Origin: Myxococcota bacterium
GTDB lineage: Bacteria; Myxococcota; JACRCW01
Assembly (NCBI GenBank): GCA_040752415.1
Contig: JBFMGU010000077.1
Location: 1-40,902, forward strand
Direction of reading: 5' to 3'
DNA: 40,902 nucleotides
The notes below the pieces were generated by a model, which was not told where the DNA came from, ran no database searches, and saw nothing but the letters and a program-made list of their open reading frames with translations. Of the stretch, positions 38,193-40,902 are shown in pieces. The number at the start of each line of letters is the position of its first letter. Within the stretch, counting starts at the first letter, position 1. Both the position numbers and the translations under genes were made by a program.

Positions 38193-40193
38193 ATGAGCGG
38201 CTTCACCATTCGCAACAAGGGTCTGCGGGACGCCTTCGCGGGCATGCTGGCGGACAACAAGGTCACCAAGGATGAGGTCCAGAAGCTGATCGACCAGGCC
38301 AACAAGGACGGCCTCATCAGCGGGCGGGAGAAGACCGACCTCAAGGCCATCCTCAAGAACGTGGGTGACAAGTTCGACGCCGACGCCAAGACCCAGCTCA
38401 GCGAGCTGCTGGGCATCTCCACCGGCGGCACGGGTGGGACGGGCGGAACCGGCGGCACCGTTGAGACGCGCCCGGCCTCCGACCGCGTGGGCACCATCAC
38501 CGACTTCAAGAAGGTCGCGGACACCTTCAGCGCGGAGATTGGCGCGCGCGCCAGCGACTTCAACACGCCCGAGAAGGCCATGAGCCTGTTTGCCGAGTAC
38601 GCCGGCAAGCTGAAGGCGCTGGCCCAGGGCCAGGACCCGCGCGCGGTGGACGGCGAGATCGAGCGGCTGCTCGCGGCGGGCAAGCGTTCCCCCGCGGCCG
38701 GCTACGACGCCAAGGACGCCGACAGCGACACGCTCAGCGACCTGCGTGAGACCGCCATGGGCCGCGACGCGGCGAAGTTCGAGGAGCGCGCCATGGGCGC
38801 CGACAGCCCGGCGTGGACCACCACGTACTGGCCGTCCGCCGGCTCCGGCGACATGGACCAGGCCGGCAACCCCTCCACCAACCTCTGGGCCAAGGAAGGC
38901 CCGCTCTCCAAGCTGGACAAGCTGCTCAGCGCGCGCGGCATGGCCGACAAGGCCAAGGCGCTGGAGTTCGAGCGCAAGCCCATGCTGACCTGGCTGGTGG
39001 GCGACCGCGGCGAGAAGGGCCACTTCGCGCCCAACAGCTCGCTGAGCGAGGCCAACGCGGAGAAGACCACCGGTGTGGACTTTGACGGCGACGGCAAGAT
39101 CACCGACGGCGTCAAGGTGGACTTCATTGACAGCCACGGCCAGTTCGCCGCGGTGGGCAGCCGCAGCCAGCTCACCCCCAAGCTCGGCACCGAGACGCTG
39201 ACCCGCAAGGAGATCCGCGACGCGCAGGGCAACAAGAGCTTTGAGTTCTTCAAGGCCGACGGCACCAAGCTCAGCGCCGACGAGGCCAAGCAGGTCTACT
39301 ACACGCACTCCGGCAGCGACGGGAAGGTGGACGGCAGCATGTCCATTGGCTGGTGGGGCTACTGCGACCAGGTGGCCCTGGCCGGCGTGCTCTTCAAGGA
39401 GCCGATGAAGAACGAGGTGGAGATCGACGGCGTGAAGTTCACCAAGCAGGACATGCTGGGCCTGCTCACCGTCATTGCCAACAGCCAGGGCGGCGGCACC
39501 GACTTCGAGGGCAACCGCTTCGACGACAAGCCGGACATCGTGGTGCTCAAGAACGGGGAGCAGATGCACGGCAAGCTGCTCAATGACGACGTGGAGTTCC
39601 GCACCAAGGACATGTGGCGCTGGGACGGCGACTTCATGGTGCTGAACAAGGTGGAGAAGGACCTCAAGTTCCGCAAGATGGACGGCACCGAGGTCACGGT
39701 GAAGGCCGCCGACGTCAAGCACCTGGCCCGGGAAGACAAGATGGACATGGAGCCGGCGCTCTTCCACAACACCCTGCTGAAGTGGCTGGGTGAGGACAAG
39801 CGTCCCGCCGTCATGGACCGCGACTCCGGCGACCACGTGTGGAACTACAACTTCTGGAAGGCCACGCTGAAGGGCGCCAACGAGGTCAAGGGCGACGCGG
39901 TGCCCAAGGAGCCGGGTCACAACGGGCCGGCCAACCCGCAGAACAAGATCGTGCAGTACGAGATGGAGGTGCTGCTCGGCACGTCCACGAGCTGGGGCAC
40001 CACCTACAAGTACTGGCTGGAGCAGGACCCCAGCGGCAAGGTCGTCAACAGCGGGTGGACGGGCGGCACGCAGCCCCCGGACTTCCTGTGGCGGCCCACC
40101 AACACCCCGTCGTGGACGGGCGCCAACCCGCGCAACCCGTTCGTGGATCCCAAGCTGGTGAAGGAGATCTACGAGAAGTTCATGGAGCCGTGA
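38193..40193 (+). CDS. Transglutaminase-elicitor-like (GP42-type) protein with helical N-terminal domain, no signal peptide
   Basis: W.TTYWP, PLSKLD, WWGYC, GVKF...DM.GLL, PALFH, D.....VWNY, Y.YWLE.D..G.VV.SGW and PDFLWRP follow the motif order of the TGase_elicitor family. Confidence 0.75.
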   Translation: MSGFTIRNKGLRDAFAGMLADNKVTKDEVQKLIDQANKDGLISGREKTDLKAILKNVGDKFDADAKTQLSELLGISTGGTGGTGGTGGTVETRPASDRVGTITDFKKVADTFSAEIGARASDFNTPEKAMSLFAEYAGKLKALAQGQDPRAVDGEIERLLAAGKRSPAAGYDAKDADSDTLSDLRETAMGRDAAKFEERAMGADSPAWTTTYWPSAGSGDMDQAGNPSTNLWAKEGPLSKLDKLLSARGMADKAKALEFERKPMLTWLVGDRGEKGHFAPNSSLSEANAEKTTGVDFDGDGKITDGVKVDFIDSHGQFAAVGSRSQLTPKLGTETLTRKEIRDAQGNKSFEFFKADGTKLSADEAKQVYYTHSGSDGKVDGSMSIGWWGYCDQVALAGVLFKEPMKNEVEIDGVKFTKQDMLGLLTVIANSQGGGTDFEGNRFDDKPDIVVLKNGEQMHGKLLNDDVEFRTKDMWRWDGDFMVLNKVEKDLKFRKMDGTEVTVKAADVKHLAREDKMDMEPALFHNTLLKWLGEDKRPAVMDRDSGDHVWNYNFWKATLKGANEVKGDAVPKEPGHNGPANPQNKIVQYEMEVLLGTSTSWGTTYKYWLEQDPSGKVVNSGWTGGTQPPDFLWRPTNTPSWTGANPRNPFVDPKLVKEIYEKFMEP

Positions 40194-40222
40194 TCCCGCG
40201 CTGAGATCACGCGCTTGAAGAT

Positions 40223-40265
40223 GACGCCCCCGCCGGTGCCCCTTGCCGACGGGGGCGTTGTCTTT
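40223..40265 (+). terminator. Intrinsic terminator
   Basis: GACGCCCCCG (40223-40232) pairs with CGGGGGCGTT (40250-40259), followed by GTCTTT, just after the stop at 40193. Confidence 0.7.
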
Positions 40266-40311
40266 CCATGCTGCGCGCGCGCTTGCGCTTCGGGGACACT
40301 GGGAGGCGTTG

Positions 40312-40902
40312 ATGGAAGTGCATTGCCAACGCTGCGGGTACTGGGACCCGCACCACGCCACTGGGCCGGGCCAGGATGTCTGCCCGGGATGCCAGGCGCG
40401 TTTGTCGCGTCGGGTGGGGACGCCGCCCGGACCCGCCACCTACCTGCGCCCGCTGATTCGCAGCATCTTCTCCGTCACCGGGCTCATCACGCTGGGGCTG
40501 TACGCGGTGCTGGACAGCGTTCCCATTGGCCGCCTGCGCGTCCTGGTGGCGGTTCTGCTCTACGCCACCGCGGTGAAGCTGGCCTACCGTGCCATGGCCG
40601 CCGCCAAGGGCGAGATCCATTTCCCCGTCCTCAGTCCGCACGAGGTCCTCGAGGGCACCTCGGTGGGCGCGCTGGCGCTGTACGTGCTCCTGTTCATCGT
40701 GGCTCCGGCCAACCTGCTGGTGCTAGGGGTGAGCAATCAGCTCGTCGAGAGTTTTGTGGAAGCGGAAGCGCCGGAGGTCTGGGAGGAGCGCCTCCCGACG
40801 GAAGAATGGCAGGAGCCCGCGGAAGGGCAGTGGGAGGGCGCGCCCCACCCCGACGAGACTCCGCAGGAGGCCGCGGCCCGCAAAGCCGCCGAGGCGCTGC
40901 GC
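40312..40902 (+). CDS. Membrane protein with N-terminal zinc ribbon; partial at the right edge
   Basis: Absent from the ORF track. GGAGG RBS, then MEVHCQRCG...VCPGC (two CxxC), about 3 hydrophobic segments and an acidic region. Open to the window end. Confidence 0.7.
   Translation, partial: MEVHCQRCGYWDPHHATGPGQDVCPGCQARLSRRVGTPPGPATYLRPLIRSIFSVTGLITLGLYAVLDSVPIGRLRVLVAVLLYATAVKLAYRAMAAAKGEIHFPVLSPHEVLEGTSVGALALYVLLFIVAPANLLVLGVSNQLVESFVEAEAPEVWEERLPTEEWQEPAEGQWEGAPHPDETPQEAAARKAAEALR

Noticed and set aside
14170..40439. Long antisense ORFs (e.g. 14170..16872, 18627..20885, 31697..33343, 35206..37092, 38100..40439) and N-terminal extensions of 11826..14642, 17020..19689 and 21917..23872
   Set aside because: They overlap well-supported genes on the opposite strand or in another frame and show no recognisable motifs. 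This is expected from stop-codon scarcity at high GC.

Overview
High-GC bacterial DNA whose gene content points to Myxococcota: a myxobacterial-type Ser/Thr kinase, a MYXO-CTERM-like sorting motif, a PilA-like pilin and an extra Hsp70. I can support about 32 CDSs. I found no rRNA, tRNA, CRISPR array or transposase. Content from left to right: a partial Ser/Thr kinase; two lipoproteins, a GT-C-type membrane protein and an FAH-family enzyme; a ~1,464-aa OmpA-family protein translationally coupled to a FecR-domain protein; a second GT-C protein with TPR-like repeats; an M16 peptidase; GltS; a sugar-modification cluster (GH32/43-like propeller, acetyltransferase, methyltransferase, WbqC, GtrB-like GT2, GT-C); a YdjM hydrolase; a CNNM/CorC protein; an orphan type IV pilin; an NlpC/P60 protein; Trm112; YicC; a class II GATase-like protein; an Hsp70/J-protein pair; START, GH13-like and ManC proteins; and a transglutaminase-elicitor-like protein. 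Highlights: (1) The giant OmpA ORF carries an internal MYXO-CTERM-like sorting signal followed directly by a second signal peptide. It looks like a TraA-like surface protein and a TraB-like barrel encoded as one cleavable polyprotein. (2) A structured leader with mutually exclusive pairings, including an anti-Shine-Dalgarno strand, precedes a signal-less transglutaminase-like gene. (3) Several apparent pseudoenzymes have lost catalytic residues (GH13 Asp->His, NlpC/P60 Cys->Gly, GATase without Cys1). All calls come from reading motifs by eye; no database searches were run.
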